DNA of 64,000 nucleotides from Planctomycetota bacterium (GTDB lineage Bacteria; Planctomycetota; UBA8108; SXIK01): NCBI GenBank assembly GCA_965223845.1, contig CBDCXR010000004.1, positions 6,752,001-6,816,000 of the forward strand, read 5' to 3'. The notes below the pieces were generated by a model. The model did no database searches and was not told the origin of the DNA. It saw nothing but the letters and a program-made list of their open reading frames with translations. This document shows positions 9,677 to 21,649 of this stretch, piece by piece. How positions within the stretch are numbered: the stretch's first letter is position 1; each line of letters begins with the position of its first letter. A program made the position numbers and the translations under genes.

Positions 9677-9976
9677 ATGGGCCTCGCCGAGTGGAATAAC
9701 CTAAAGAATACCAAGCACTTCGAAGATCTGCTCGAGTTCCCCTGCTCGTTCTCGATCAAGGTCGTGTGCCGGACCGGCGGGTGGGTGCGCCAGGCCCTCG
9801 AGGAGGCGCTCGTCGGCGTCTCGCCGGACCCGGTCCCGCAGTTCATCGACGAGCGGCTCTCCGCGCACGGAAAGTACGTATCGTGCACGATTCGCCTAGA
9901 GGTGGAGTCGGCGAATCACCTCCGCGCGTGCTACCGCGTGCTCGAGCCGCTGCAGTTCGTCCGCTGGGCGATCTAA
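9677..9976 (+). CDS. DUF493/YbeD-family ACT-like protein
   Basis: LLEFPCSFSIKV and SAHGKYVSCTI motifs. Confidence 0.85.
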   Translation: MGLAEWNNLKNTKHFEDLLEFPCSFSIKVVCRTGGWVRQALEEALVGVSPDPVPQFIDERLSAHGKYVSCTIRLEVESANHLRACYRVLEPLQFVRWAI

Positions 9977-10000
9977 GCGAACGTCGGTCGGGAGCCGCGT

Positions 10001-10981
10001 TCATCGGGTCGTCGGCGCCGGACGTGATCGGGTGAGGAGGCACCGGGCGTAGCGCCGGAGGTGACTCCACCGGAGGGCGTCGCGGGGGCCGAGCGCGCGC
10101 GCCTCCCGGAAGGCCGCGGCGGCCTCGGCGAAGCGCCCGCTCCGGTAGTAGGCGCGGAACAGGTCGAGCGCCGCCCGCGACCGGATGCGTTTCGCCCAGG
10201 GGCGGAGCGGCGCGAACCGCGGGTCCGCGACGAGGATCTCGCCGAGCTGCGCGACCGAATTCGCGATCGCCTCCACGCGCCGGCGCTGCCGTCCGGCGTG
10301 CGCGTGCACGCGGAGAACGATTCCGTCACCGTCGCACGCGGCCGCGGGTCCGCCCGAGAGCACGAGCGCGAAGAAGAGTCGGTCCTCGAAGTTCGCGAGA
10401 CCGACGGGAAACTCCGCTCGCTCGAAGACGCGACGCCGAACTGCCGCTCCACCCGTTGCGATCGCAAGTTTCCCCGCGACGAAGCGCGCGACGTTCGTTC
10501 GGCGAGCGTCCGGGCTCGACGACGGGTCGAGCGCACCGGGGACGTGCACTCGTCCTCCCGCGTCGCCGTCGACGCCGGACCAGCCGCCGACCACGAGGTC
10601 GATATCCGCGCCTCGATCGAGGGGGCCGCGGAGCGCGTCGAGCGCGCCGGGAAGAAGCTCATCGTCCGCGTCGAGAAACACGAGCGCCGAGTCGCCGGAC
10701 GCCTCGCGCGCGCCCCGATTTCGCGCGGCTGAGACGCCCGCGCGGTCTTGGCGAATGCGTTCGATCCGCGCGCCGAACGCGTCGAGCAGCGCCGGGGTGT
10801 CGTCGGTCGAGCCGTCGTCGACGACGATGACGCGATCGATTTCGCGGCACGCGCGGAGCGCCGACTCTACTGCGCGGCCGAGATACTCGGCGTAGTTGTG
10901 CGTGGGAATGACGACCGTGAGCGGTGTCGCCTGCGAGCGAGATGCATCTCGTCCGGCGGATCCTCCGCTCACTTCGATCAC
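10001..10981 (-). CDS. Glycosyltransferase family 2
   Basis: VVIPTHN, IVVDDGSTD, SAARNRG, FLDADD. GTG start overlaps the kinase stop codon (GTGA). Confidence 0.9.
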   Translation of the reverse strand: MIEVSGGSAGRDASRSQATPLTVVIPTHNYAEYLGRAVESALRACREIDRVIVVDDGSTDDTPALLDAFGARIERIRQDRAGVSAARNRGAREASGDSALVFLDADDELLPGALDALRGPLDRGADIDLVVGGWSGVDGDAGGRVHVPGALDPSSSPDARRTNVARFVAGKLAIATGGAAVRRRVFERAEFPVGLANFEDRLFFALVLSGGPAAACDGDGIVLRVHAHAGRQRRRVEAIANSVAQLGEILVADPRFAPLRPWAKRIRSRAALDLFRAYYRSGRFAEAAAAFREARALGPRDALRWSHLRRYARCLLTRSRPAPTTR

Positions 10982-12504
10982 GCGCCGAGATCGAACAGCC
11001 GGTGCGAGAGATCGTTCGTCTTCGGATAGAGGTCGCGGTAGATCGCGAAGCGTTCGTCGTAGCGCTTCGCGTGTTCTCGACGCGGCTCGATCACGCGCTG
11101 GACCTTGGCCGCGCGAGAGACGATCGCGTCGAGGTCGCTCGTCTCCTTCAGGCGGCCGGTCGCGCGGGCTCCGAGAAGCGCCGCGCCGAGCGCCGCGCCC
11201 TCGCGAACGTTCGTGATCGCGATGGGACGATTGAGGATGTCCGCGGCAATCTGCATCCACGCCGCCGACTTCGCCGCTCCGCCGATCGCCTTGTAGAGGC
11301 CGATGTCGACGCCGGCGGCCGAGTAGAGCTCGCTGTTGAGCCGGATCTCGTAGAGGATGCCTTCGAGGATCCCCTTCACGATCTCCTTGCGGCTAGTCGT
11401 GAGGCGAAGGCCGAAGATCGCCCCGAGCGTGCGCGGGTCGAGCCACGGCGTCCCCGTCGTCGAGAAGTGAGGCAGAACGAGGAGCCCGGTCGGGTCTTCG
11501 GGGAGTCCGCTCGTGATCGGTTCGTACGGATCGACCCCGCGCGCTTCGGCCTCAGCGAGCTCGGGTCCGGCGAGATGGTCTCGGTACCACTTGAGGAGAG
11601 AGCCACCGGTGAAGTTCCACGCGATCGAAACGTACTGGCGATCACCGACCGTCGGGTAAAAGCAAAGATTGTTCTCGGCCATGACTTCGGCGGCGGGAAC
11701 TCTCTCCAGTCGAACGCCGAGACAGATCACGGTTCCGATCGCGAGCATCGACTCGCCGGGTTGAATCCCGGCGCCGAGAATGCCGGCCGGTTGGTCGTGG
11801 AGTCCCCCCGCGACCACCGCACCCGCCGGGAGCCCGAATTCCTCGGCGGCTTTCCGTCCGAGCTCACCGACGGGGTCGCCGGGCGCGACCGGGGGCGGAA
11901 GAAGCGTGCGCGAGATTTCCGCGGCGTCGAGGATGCGATCCGACCAGTCGAGACGATGGATGTCGAACGCGAGCGTTCTCGCCGCGATCGCGTAGTCCAT
12001 GTGCGGGTCGAGCCCCATGCTCGCCTGCGTGAAGTCTCCGAAGCAGAGGAACTTGTCCGTACGCGCGAACGCGTCGGGGTCGCGGTCGCGTCGCCACATC
12101 ATCTTGAAGAGCGTGTGGTAGCTGTTGATCCCATGGCCGGTGATGTCGAACACGTCGCGATTCGAGATCCTCTCGGCGAAGCCCCGCATCTCTTCGTCGC
12201 CACGCGCGTCGAAGCCGATGATCGCGCCGGCGACAGGGCGGCGTTCGCGATCGACGGGTACGGCCGCTTCTCCGAGCGTGCTCGTCGCCAGGGATTCGAT
12301 CGGGTCGCTGCGCGTCGCGGCTCCGACCTCTCCGGTGACCGCGCGGATGGCATCGAGAACGTCGGATGCGTCGAGCTCGAGGTGACCCGGCCGAGGACTC
12401 TTCAGATCGTACTCGCGGTATGCGGAAGCGAGGAGCGTCCCTTCCTCGGAGAATGCGACCGCCTTGACGCCGGTCGTTCCGATGTCGAGTCCGAGCATGG
12501 ACAT
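10978..12504 (-). CDS. FGGY-family carbohydrate kinase (xylulokinase-like)
   Basis: LGLDIGTTGVKA, GLHDQ, IGGAAKS..WMQIAAD, EGAALGAA. Confidence 0.92.
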   Translation of the reverse strand: MSMLGLDIGTTGVKAVAFSEEGTLLASAYREYDLKSPRPGHLELDASDVLDAIRAVTGEVGAATRSDPIESLATSTLGEAAVPVDRERRPVAGAIIGFDARGDEEMRGFAERISNRDVFDITGHGINSYHTLFKMMWRRDRDPDAFARTDKFLCFGDFTQASMGLDPHMDYAIAARTLAFDIHRLDWSDRILDAAEISRTLLPPPVAPGDPVGELGRKAAEEFGLPAGAVVAGGLHDQPAGILGAGIQPGESMLAIGTVICLGVRLERVPAAEVMAENNLCFYPTVGDRQYVSIAWNFTGGSLLKWYRDHLAGPELAEAEARGVDPYEPITSGLPEDPTGLLVLPHFSTTGTPWLDPRTLGAIFGLRLTTSRKEIVKGILEGILYEIRLNSELYSAAGVDIGLYKAIGGAAKSAAWMQIAADILNRPIAITNVREGAALGAALLGARATGRLKETSDLDAIVSRAAKVQRVIEPRREHAKRYDERFAIYRDLYPKTNDLSHRLFDLGA

Positions 12505-12991
12505 GAGTGGGATTCCCGAAGTGGACGGTCGCGGCCGATGTCGCTTCCGTCGGCGTTAGCGAGGTGGACGAGAGGCGCGCCGACAATCAAACGGAATCGG
12601 AGCCGGGAACGCAACGCTGCGTCCCGATCGAGGCGATCCTCGTGAAGTCGCGGGATTCTCGGTTCCGGAACTCCGAGGAGGCGAGTCGGCTGGAGGCTCG
12701 TGTCCCGCCGGTGTTCCGTTTCCGGTCTTCGCTCGCGACGCCCGAGAAGGGACCGGTGGGCCGCGCCTTCGGCTCTCGGGGGACGGAGTTCGTCATCGAA
12801 ACGCTAGGGCGTTTTCAGGCGCCGGCGATTCCATGGCCGGGAGCCGATCTCTCCGCGCCGCGGATGCGAGCTTGTGCGGAGTCCGATTGTCGGAGATGCT
12901 CGGAGGCGCTGGCTTGTGGGTCTCTCGTTCCCGTCTCCCGCCGCGCGGAGCTGCGCGCGGATCTCCCCTCCCTCCACCCGAGAGGTGCACC

Positions 12992-14404
12992 ATGTACCGT
13001 CGCTCGATCGTGCTCGCCGCGGTTCTTCTTCTTGGCTTTCCGGCGCTCAGCTTTGGCGGGGGGCCGATCGACGGGCGCTGGCGCGCCGTGTTCTCGTCCG
13101 CGCAGGGCGAACGCGACTACTACCTCGAGCTCAAGCAGGACGGCACCAAAGTTCGTGGCGCCCTGATCAGTCCGCGAAGCGGCGAGTACCCGCTGAAGAG
13201 CGGTTCGATCAAGGACGGGAAGCTCTCGATCGAGGTCGAGCGGGAGTACGGCGACAATCGAGTGACGCTCGAGATCCGCGGTCCGCTCAAGGAAGGTCGG
13301 CACGTCGACGGCAAGATCTCGGTCGAGGGAAACGAAATCGCCGACTTCAAGATGACGCGGCTGCCGCGTCCCGCCGGTAAGTGGAACGTGGTCGCGAAGT
13401 CTCCGGACGAGTCGAACGAATACCCGCTCGTGCTCCTTCTCGAAAAGGGAAAGAAGGGTTTCGCGGGTCATTTCGAGTCGGAGCTCGGGAAGCACAAAGT
13501 GACCGAAGCGGGCTGGCAGGGAGCGGACTTCAAGATCGGCTTCGTGCTGCCGATGGACGGAAACGAGATCCCCGTTCAGATCGCGGTCGCGTTCGAAGGC
13601 GACAACAAGCTCGTCGGGAAGTGGACCGTCGAAGGTGACGGCCAGCAGTACACCGGGAAGTGGTCGGCGACGCGCGAGATCCCGAAGCCGCGCTTCGACC
13701 TCGCCGGCCGCTGGAAAACCTTCGCGTCGACGTCCGACGGCAATTCGTACGAAGCGGACCTCGTCGTGTCTCGCGAGGGAGAGAAGCTCGTCGGCAAATA
13801 CTCGGGTCAGCTCGGCGACCTGAACTACGACGACGTCAAGCAGGACGGGCGCGTCGTCCGCCTTGAGCTCACCGCCGCGATCAACGACAACTCGGTCACG
13901 TTCGTCGTCGAGGCGGAGGCAAAGGGCGATCACCGACTCGTCGGCAAGTGGATCGTGAAGGGGAACGACGAGTTCAGCGGCGACTGGAAAGCCGAGCGCG
14001 AAGCGCCGCCGCCCGCCGCCGGACACGCGGAGCTCATCGCGGGTGACTGGGCCGCGACGAGCGTGCTTCCGAACGGAAACGAGGTCGAGTTCACGCTCAG
14101 CTTCGCCGCGGATGGGGAGCGTCTGAAGGGGATCATCGACGGTCGGCGCGGGAAGAACGATCTCCTCTCGCCGAAGCTTCAGGGGCGGACCGTCAGCTTC
14201 GACGTCGAGTTCGATCGAGACGGCCAGACGATCACCGTCGAGTTCGAGGGTGAAGTCGGAGAAGACGGCGCGATCAAAGGCAAGTGGAAGGTCGGCGAGG
14301 ACGCGTCGGGGGACTGGCGTGCGAAGCGGAAGGATGCCGGCGCCGCTTCGGAGAAGAGCGCGGACGCCGAGGAAAAGAAGAAAGCGGAGCCGATTCGCCT
14401 CTGA
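12992..14404 (+). CDS. Secreted protein with four tandem ~100-aa beta-rich repeats
   Basis: RBS-like AGAGGT before ATG 12992; signal peptide; repeats begin IDGRW, PAGKW, LAGRW and IAGDW, and most end in GKW...GxWxAxR. Confidence 0.8.
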   Translation: MYRRSIVLAAVLLLGFPALSFGGGPIDGRWRAVFSSAQGERDYYLELKQDGTKVRGALISPRSGEYPLKSGSIKDGKLSIEVEREYGDNRVTLEIRGPLKEGRHVDGKISVEGNEIADFKMTRLPRPAGKWNVVAKSPDESNEYPLVLLLEKGKKGFAGHFESELGKHKVTEAGWQGADFKIGFVLPMDGNEIPVQIAVAFEGDNKLVGKWTVEGDGQQYTGKWSATREIPKPRFDLAGRWKTFASTSDGNSYEADLVVSREGEKLVGKYSGQLGDLNYDDVKQDGRVVRLELTAAINDNSVTFVVEAEAKGDHRLVGKWIVKGNDEFSGDWKAEREAPPPAAGHAELIAGDWAATSVLPNGNEVEFTLSFAADGERLKGIIDGRRGKNDLLSPKLQGRTVSFDVEFDRDGQTITVEFEGEVGEDGAIKGKWKVGEDASGDWRAKRKDAGAASEKSADAEEKKKAEPIRL

Positions 14405-14422
14405 GGCGCTGACGACAGGCGG

Positions 14423-16495
14423 CTACTCAAACACGATTCGGCACGCCGGCAGGCTCGCTCGCAGTCGCTTCGCCGCGTCCGGCGCGAATCGGCCGGCGGG
14501 TAGATAGAGCTCGCGAAGCGTCTTGAGCCTCGCGAGCTCGTCGACCGCCGCGTCGGTGATCGTCGTCCCGCCGAGCCAGAGCTTCTCGAGTTTCGCGAGC
14601 GTTCGCAGGTGCGGGAGTCCTTTGGCCGTGACTCGCGTTCCGCCGAGGTGCAGCCCGCGCAGGTTCGTCAGTCGCTCGACGACGCGAAGCCCGCGATCGC
14701 TGATCGCGTTGTCGCGGAGTCCGAGGTACTCGAGCCCACGCAGATCCGCGAGCGCTCGCAGGCCCTCGTCGGTGACGCGCGTCCCGCCGATCGGAAGGAG
14801 CTTGAGGGTCGGAATGCGACTCAGATGGCGGAGCCCCTCGTCGCCGAGTCGCGTCCGGTAGAGGTTGAGCCACTCGATCTTGGGGAGGCGCGCCAGGTGA
14901 CGCGCGCCGTCGTCGTCGAGCGTCGATCTCTCGAGCGAGAGATCGGTTAGCTGGTGGAGGCGGCCGATCGTCGCGAGGAGATCTTCCGAAAGTACGTGGC
15001 CGTTGAGTCGTACTTCGACGACGCGCCCGTCCCGTTCAAATGCCTGGCCGCCGAGCGTACGGATGCGCTCGAGGGCTTGACGGTGCGCCTTTCGCTGAAG
15101 GGGCATCCACTCGGGGAAGCTCGCGCGAGTTCCGTCGAAGGTCGCGAGCGCCGAGCGGAGCTCGTCGACGATCTTCTTGGCGTCGGCGCTGAGATCGGTG
15201 CCGGCGAGGTCGCGCGCCTCGAGCGGATCCGCCGCGATGTCGTAGAGCTCGCCACCGCGATAGAGCTTGTAGCGCTGAGTGCGCACGAACTCGCGTCCGG
15301 TCGGACCGCCGTTGCGCGCGTACCAGCAGTGAAGCCAAGGACGCGGATGGCCCGCTTCCCCTCGGAGCTGCGGGAGAAAGCTCCGGCCATCGATGCCAAG
15401 CGCTGCAGGAACTTCGATGCCGGCGGCCTCGGCGATCGTCGGAAGAAAGTCGCTGAGATCGACGAGATCGCTCGAAACCGACCCGGGCCGGATCACACCC
15501 GGCCAGCTCGCGATGAAGGGCGCGCGAGTGCCGGCGTCCGTCGTTTTCCCTTTGGCTCCGACGACGGTTCTGCCGTCGAGCTGGGAGCGAATTCCCGCCG
15601 CGGTCCCGTTGTCGCCCGTAAAGAGGACGAGAGTGCGATCGCGGATGTCGAGCTCGTCGAGCTCGCGCACGATGCGACCGACGACCTTGTCGGTGTGCTG
15701 CACCATGTCGCGAAAGAGCCGCGGGTCTCCTTTTCCCTTGAGGACTCCCTTCGCCTTTGGGTTCCAGCCGGTCGAGTCGGGCGTCGGCTCGAACGGCCAG
15801 TGGGGGAGGATCATAGGATAGTAAACGAGGAACGGGCGGTCGCGATGCCGGCGCACGAAATCGCAGAGAAAATCGGTGACGAGGTCGGGGCCGTACTCTC
15901 CGTTCTCGTAAGTGACGACGCGTCCATCGGTCTCGAGAACGGGGTTCGGATAGCGCGATTCGCGCACGGTGAGCTGCCACAGGAGCCACTCGTCGAAGCC
16001 GAAGTGGCGCGGAGCGCCCCGGCCGCCGCCGAGCTGCCACTTGCCGGCGACGGCCGTCGCGTAGCCGGCGTCGCGAAAGAGGTGGGCGAAGGTGGTCGCG
16101 GCGGGATCGAGGAGACCGAAGCGGATGTAGTTCCTCTGGTTGTAGATCCCCGTCATCAGTTTCACGCGGGACGGCGTGCAGATCGGCTGCGAATAGCAAT
16201 GCTCGAAGCGCATGCCTTCCGCAGCGAGGCGGTCGAGGGCGGGAGTTGCGTAGGACGTTCCGCCGTTGGCGCCGACGCACTCGTAGCCCATGTCGTCCGC
16301 CATGATGAGAACGACGTTCGGTCGCTTCTTCGCGGCCGGGACCTCAGCGGCGGCGACGTTCGCGACGCCGACGGCGATCGCGAGGGCAGCGAACCGAAGA
16401 CCGCGGCCCTCGCGGGACGGCTTCATAGTGAAGGTGGAACGCACGAATCGATTCCTTTCGTTTCCCGCCTCGATCCTGTCGGCGCTCGGTGGCAC
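14423..16495 (-). CDS. Formylglycine-type sulfatase fused to a C-terminal leucine-rich-repeat domain
   Basis: PNVVLIMADDMG, CTPSR catalytic motif, GKWQLG, FTGDNG; LRR units such as LxxLxLxxTxVTDxGL; alternative start ATG 16426. Confidence 0.92.
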   Translation of the reverse strand: MPPSADRIEAGNERNRFVRSTFTMKPSREGRGLRFAALAIAVGVANVAAAEVPAAKKRPNVVLIMADDMGYECVGANGGTSYATPALDRLAAEGMRFEHCYSQPICTPSRVKLMTGIYNQRNYIRFGLLDPAATTFAHLFRDAGYATAVAGKWQLGGGRGAPRHFGFDEWLLWQLTVRESRYPNPVLETDGRVVTYENGEYGPDLVTDFLCDFVRRHRDRPFLVYYPMILPHWPFEPTPDSTGWNPKAKGVLKGKGDPRLFRDMVQHTDKVVGRIVRELDELDIRDRTLVLFTGDNGTAAGIRSQLDGRTVVGAKGKTTDAGTRAPFIASWPGVIRPGSVSSDLVDLSDFLPTIAEAAGIEVPAALGIDGRSFLPQLRGEAGHPRPWLHCWYARNGGPTGREFVRTQRYKLYRGGELYDIAADPLEARDLAGTDLSADAKKIVDELRSALATFDGTRASFPEWMPLQRKAHRQALERIRTLGGQAFERDGRVVEVRLNGHVLSEDLLATIGRLHQLTDLSLERSTLDDDGARHLARLPKIEWLNLYRTRLGDEGLRHLSRIPTLKLLPIGGTRVTDEGLRALADLRGLEYLGLRDNAISDRGLRVVERLTNLRGLHLGGTRVTAKGLPHLRTLAKLEKLWLGGTTITDAAVDELARLKTLRELYLPAGRFAPDAAKRLRASLPACRIVFE

Positions 16496-16502
16496 GTTCC
16501 CC

Positions 16503-17489
16503 TCAGCCGCCGATTTGGGACATCGACCGCGACGCGGGAACGAAATCCGTTCGGCCGATCTTGTGGCCGGCTTCCTTGTGGGACACGGCGTCCGCGATCG
16601 CCGCGGCGATGGTTGCGTCGCTCGCCCCCGAACGAAGGAGCGCGGCGAGATCGGTTTCTCGGGTGGAAAAGAGACAGGTGCGGAGCTTGCCGTCGGCCGT
16701 CAAGCGGATGCGGTCGCAGTTCCCGCAGAAGGGTTCCGTGACGGAGTTGATGAAGCCGACTCGGCCGCCGATCCCGTCGCGAAACCGGTAGTCCTGGGCG
16801 GGAGCCGCCCCACGAGGGGAAGGAACCTCCTCGAGCGGATGGACCGCGTGGATCCGCCGCCGGATCTCGTCACCGCCGAGGAGCAGATTCCACGTCCAAC
16901 GCGCGTCCGCGTCGAGGGGCATGTACTCGATGAAGCGCATCTCGACACGCTCGCGCCGGGCGAGCTCCGCAAACGATTCGATCTCGCCGTCGTTGATTCC
17001 GCGGAGGATCACGGCGTTCACCTTGACCGCGCCAGGAAAATGGTGGAGCGCGGCGTCGATCCCGGCGAGAACTCGCTCCACCGAGCCGCGGCGGGCGAGT
17101 CGCCGAAACGTCTCTTCTTCGAGCGAATCGAGACTCACGTTCACCCGGGCGAGCCCGGCCGCGGCAAGCCGAGGTGCCTGCTCCTCAAGGAGCCAGCCGT
17201 TCGTCGTGAGCGCGAGATCCTCAAGCGATTCGAGGGCTCGGAGTTTTCGAACGAGGACGGGGAGCTCTCGTCGCACGAGAGGCTCGCCGCCCGTGAGCCT
17301 CACCTTCCGGACACCGAGCCGAAGGGAGATCTCGACGACGCGACAGATCTCCTCGAAGCGGAGAATCTGCTCGCGAGGGATCCACTCCATTCCGTCTTCG
17401 GGCATGCAGTAGGTGCACCGAAAGTTGCAACGATCGGTGACGGAGACGCGGAGATTGCGAATCACTCGGTCGAACGAGTCGCGAAGCAC
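16503..17489 (-). CDS. moaA: GTP 3',8-cyclase (molybdenum cofactor biosynthesis)
   Basis: LRVSVTDRCNFRCTYCMP, TGGEP, CGNCDRIRLTADG, C-terminal MSQIGG. Confidence 0.96.
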   Translation of the reverse strand: MLRDSFDRVIRNLRVSVTDRCNFRCTYCMPEDGMEWIPREQILRFEEICRVVEISLRLGVRKVRLTGGEPLVRRELPVLVRKLRALESLEDLALTTNGWLLEEQAPRLAAAGLARVNVSLDSLEEETFRRLARRGSVERVLAGIDAALHHFPGAVKVNAVILRGINDGEIESFAELARRERVEMRFIEYMPLDADARWTWNLLLGGDEIRRRIHAVHPLEEVPSPRGAAPAQDYRFRDGIGGRVGFINSVTEPFCGNCDRIRLTADGKLRTCLFSTRETDLAALLRSGASDATIAAAIADAVSHKEAGHKIGRTDFVPASRSMSQIGG

Positions 17490-17828
17490 GTTCGGCTCCT
17501 AAAGCTCGGGTTCAAAGAAGAGACCTAGCGAGGCCCGGGGAGCGATTGTGCAGGAATCTCGCGGCTCGCGCCAGTCGTCCGCGCAAACATGGGCTCCACC
17601 CCGGCGGATCGGCCCGCGGGCCTCGGATCTGGGCGTCCTCGGTCCCGCGCGGGTCAGCTTCGAGCTGCGTAAGCAGTTGACTGATAGTGAGTTGTGCAAT
17701 CTGCGCGGCGAGCGCGTGACGGGTGTCGATCGACCCAGTAAACTGCTACGTTTATGTGCATTCCGGTGGTGGAGGAGAGGGCTCGCCGGGCACCGAATCC
17801 AGGCTTCATCGAAAGTCAATCTGAAGTA

Positions 17829-19961
<2,133 letters not shown>

Positions 19962-20039
19962 CCGGACCGGCGCTTCGCCATCGTTCGCGTTCGTCTCGAG
20001 CGCAGGGGATGCCCTCCAGGCGTGCGTTTGCTCTCTGGT

Positions 20040-20057
20040 TGTGCAAAGGGATGCACA
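20040..20057. promoter_or_regulatory. Palindrome TGTGCA-N6-TGCACA, putative upstream activator site
   Basis: Perfect 6-bp inverted repeat about 110 bp upstream of the predicted sigma54 start site. TGTGCA half-sites also occur at 17547, 17693 and 17755, upstream of the activator gene. Confidence 0.45.
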
Positions 20058-20133
20058 GAGTGGGAGCGCTGCGCGGCTCGGCGAGATCTGCTATCTGCAC
20101 GCTCGGTAAAGAGTTAAGCCGCTTTCGCCGCCG

Positions 20134-20148
20134 TGGCCACGCGTTTGC
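20134..20148 (+). promoter_or_regulatory. Putative sigma54 -24/-12 promoter
   Basis: TGGCCACGCGTTTGC has GG-N10-GC spacing and matches the TGGC...TTGC ends of the consensus. Confidence 0.55.
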
Positions 20149-20159
20149 GCTGGTCAGTT

Positions 20160-20284
20160 TCTCAGCGTTTCAAAGCGCAAGGAATCGTCCCGTCAGGACC
20201 CCCAAACGTGACACCGCGATTCCTTCGGAAGCTTTCCCCCGAACTCTTGCGCGCGAGAGCCTGCGAGAGGGCGGGGTTTTTTTT
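20160..20284 (+). ncRNA. Candidate sigma54-dependent small RNA (~125 nt)
   Basis: Lies between the sigma54 site and a strong terminator. Stem AAGGAATCG(20179)/CGATTCCTT(20225) encloses a C-rich loop. No credible plus-strand CDS. Confidence 0.45.
20237..20284 (+). terminator. Intrinsic terminator
   Basis: CCCCG..CTCTTGC/GCGAGAG..CGGGG stem followed by T8. Confidence 0.75.
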
Positions 20285-20342
20285 GAGGGGGCGGGCGGGG
20301 CGCGGACCGGCGAGAGCGTCGCGCGCGGGACGACGGCCGGAC

Positions 20343-21230
20343 TCAGGACGCCGGAAAGAGGCCGATCCTCTGGCCGACGAGGTAGATCCCGACGAGGTGG
20401 GGGAGCAGCACCGCGAGCGCGAGGACGGGGACCGCCTGACCGATCTTCACGCGGAGCACCTGCGGATAGAACCGGAGGCTGAGGACGGTGTAGACGAGGA
20501 GGAGACCCGTCGTCGCGAGACCGAGCCCGGTCGGCGTCTGGAGGTAGGACTCGAGGGCGGGGAAGAGCTCTCCGCCGCGAGTGAGCTCGTCCGGACCGGA
20601 GCCGAGATAGACCATGAAGACCGCCATGACGCCGACGGTGAGAATCGTGGCGAAGGTGAGCGTTTCGGTGAGCAAGACGGCTTTCAAGGCGCGGCGGAAC
20701 GACGTCTCCTTCACGAAGGTGAAGATCGTCGCCAGCCAGACGAGGATGCTCTGGATGAACGAGTGCGAGAGGAGACCGAAGAAGCCGAAGAGTACGGTCT
20801 GCTGGACCGGGAGTCCGAAGAGAGTCTTCGCCGACACTCCCTGCATGACGTTCTGCCAGCCGTCGACCCCGGGGAGGTTCGCGAACCCGCGACTGCGGTC
20901 GCCGGGCGTCTCGGCCGGGGGCGATTCGGCCGGCGGGTCGAGTGCCTCCGCGCGCGTGCGGGCCTCGTCGCTCCAGTTTTCTTCGAGTCGAGGGACGTAG
21001 ATGATCTGCCCCGGGCGGAGCTGATACGGGTCCTGGATCCACGGATTGTGGCGGCGAATCTCCGGCCAGAGCATGCCGTTTCCGTAGGCGCGCTTCGCGA
21101 TCGAGAAGAGATTGTCGCTCGACTGAATCGTGTAGTTCCGTCCCTCGTACGCCCCCGCATCGGTGCTCGATCCCTCGCAGGAAGCGAGGAAAGCGAGAGA
21201 TACGAAGAGCAGAGTACCGGGTCGGTGCAT
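20343..21230 (-). CDS. LysM-domain lipoprotein with C-terminal multi-TM region
   Basis: Lipobox-like LASC; LysM YTIQSSDNLFSIAKRAYG...LRPGQIIYVP; 4 hydrophobic helices. Confidence 0.82.
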   Translation of the reverse strand: MHRPGTLLFVSLAFLASCEGSSTDAGAYEGRNYTIQSSDNLFSIAKRAYGNGMLWPEIRRHNPWIQDPYQLRPGQIIYVPRLEENWSDEARTRAEALDPPAESPPAETPGDRSRGFANLPGVDGWQNVMQGVSAKTLFGLPVQQTVLFGFFGLLSHSFIQSILVWLATIFTFVKETSFRRALKAVLLTETLTFATILTVGVMAVFMVYLGSGPDELTRGGELFPALESYLQTPTGLGLATTGLLLVYTVLSLRFYPQVLRVKIGQAVPVLALAVLLPHLVGIYLVGQRIGLFPAS

Positions 21231-21649
21231 GACGGCGGTTCTTCAGCGGGCGAATGGACCGAGCCGTTCGCTTCGGGACTGCGGCGACGCGGGGCGGCGA
21301 GGGGCCACTCCGCGGAATCGCGAATCTCCGATTCGAGACGGCTGAAAGTCTCGTTGAGCGAAGTGCCGCGCCGCGGCCGTTATCGGCCGAGCGCGCGGCT
21401 CGAGGTCGCGTCCTCCTTCGAATCGGAATCTCCGCTGGGAGAGTTGAGGGAAATCGGACCGCCCCGCGTTACCGGAAGAGCTCGAGGGCCGGCCGCGCGC
21501 ACGCGATCCGGTCGGCGGCCCTGAGTGTCGCGTGCTACACTTTTCGCGTCGCCACGATCGTGGGCCGCTCCGTCGCTCGGGCCGAGTGTGCGCGGTGGTT
21601 CCGCTCCGTGTTGGTGTGCCTCGTTTCCTTCCGACCCATCTCGATCGCC

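Noticed and set aside
7983-9704. Long antisense or alternate-frame ORFs (also 10924-12645, 14954-16741, 17499-19199, 47188-48879, 60031-61890)
   Set aside because: Shadow ORFs typical of high-GC DNA; they overlap well-supported genes and have no recognisable motifs.
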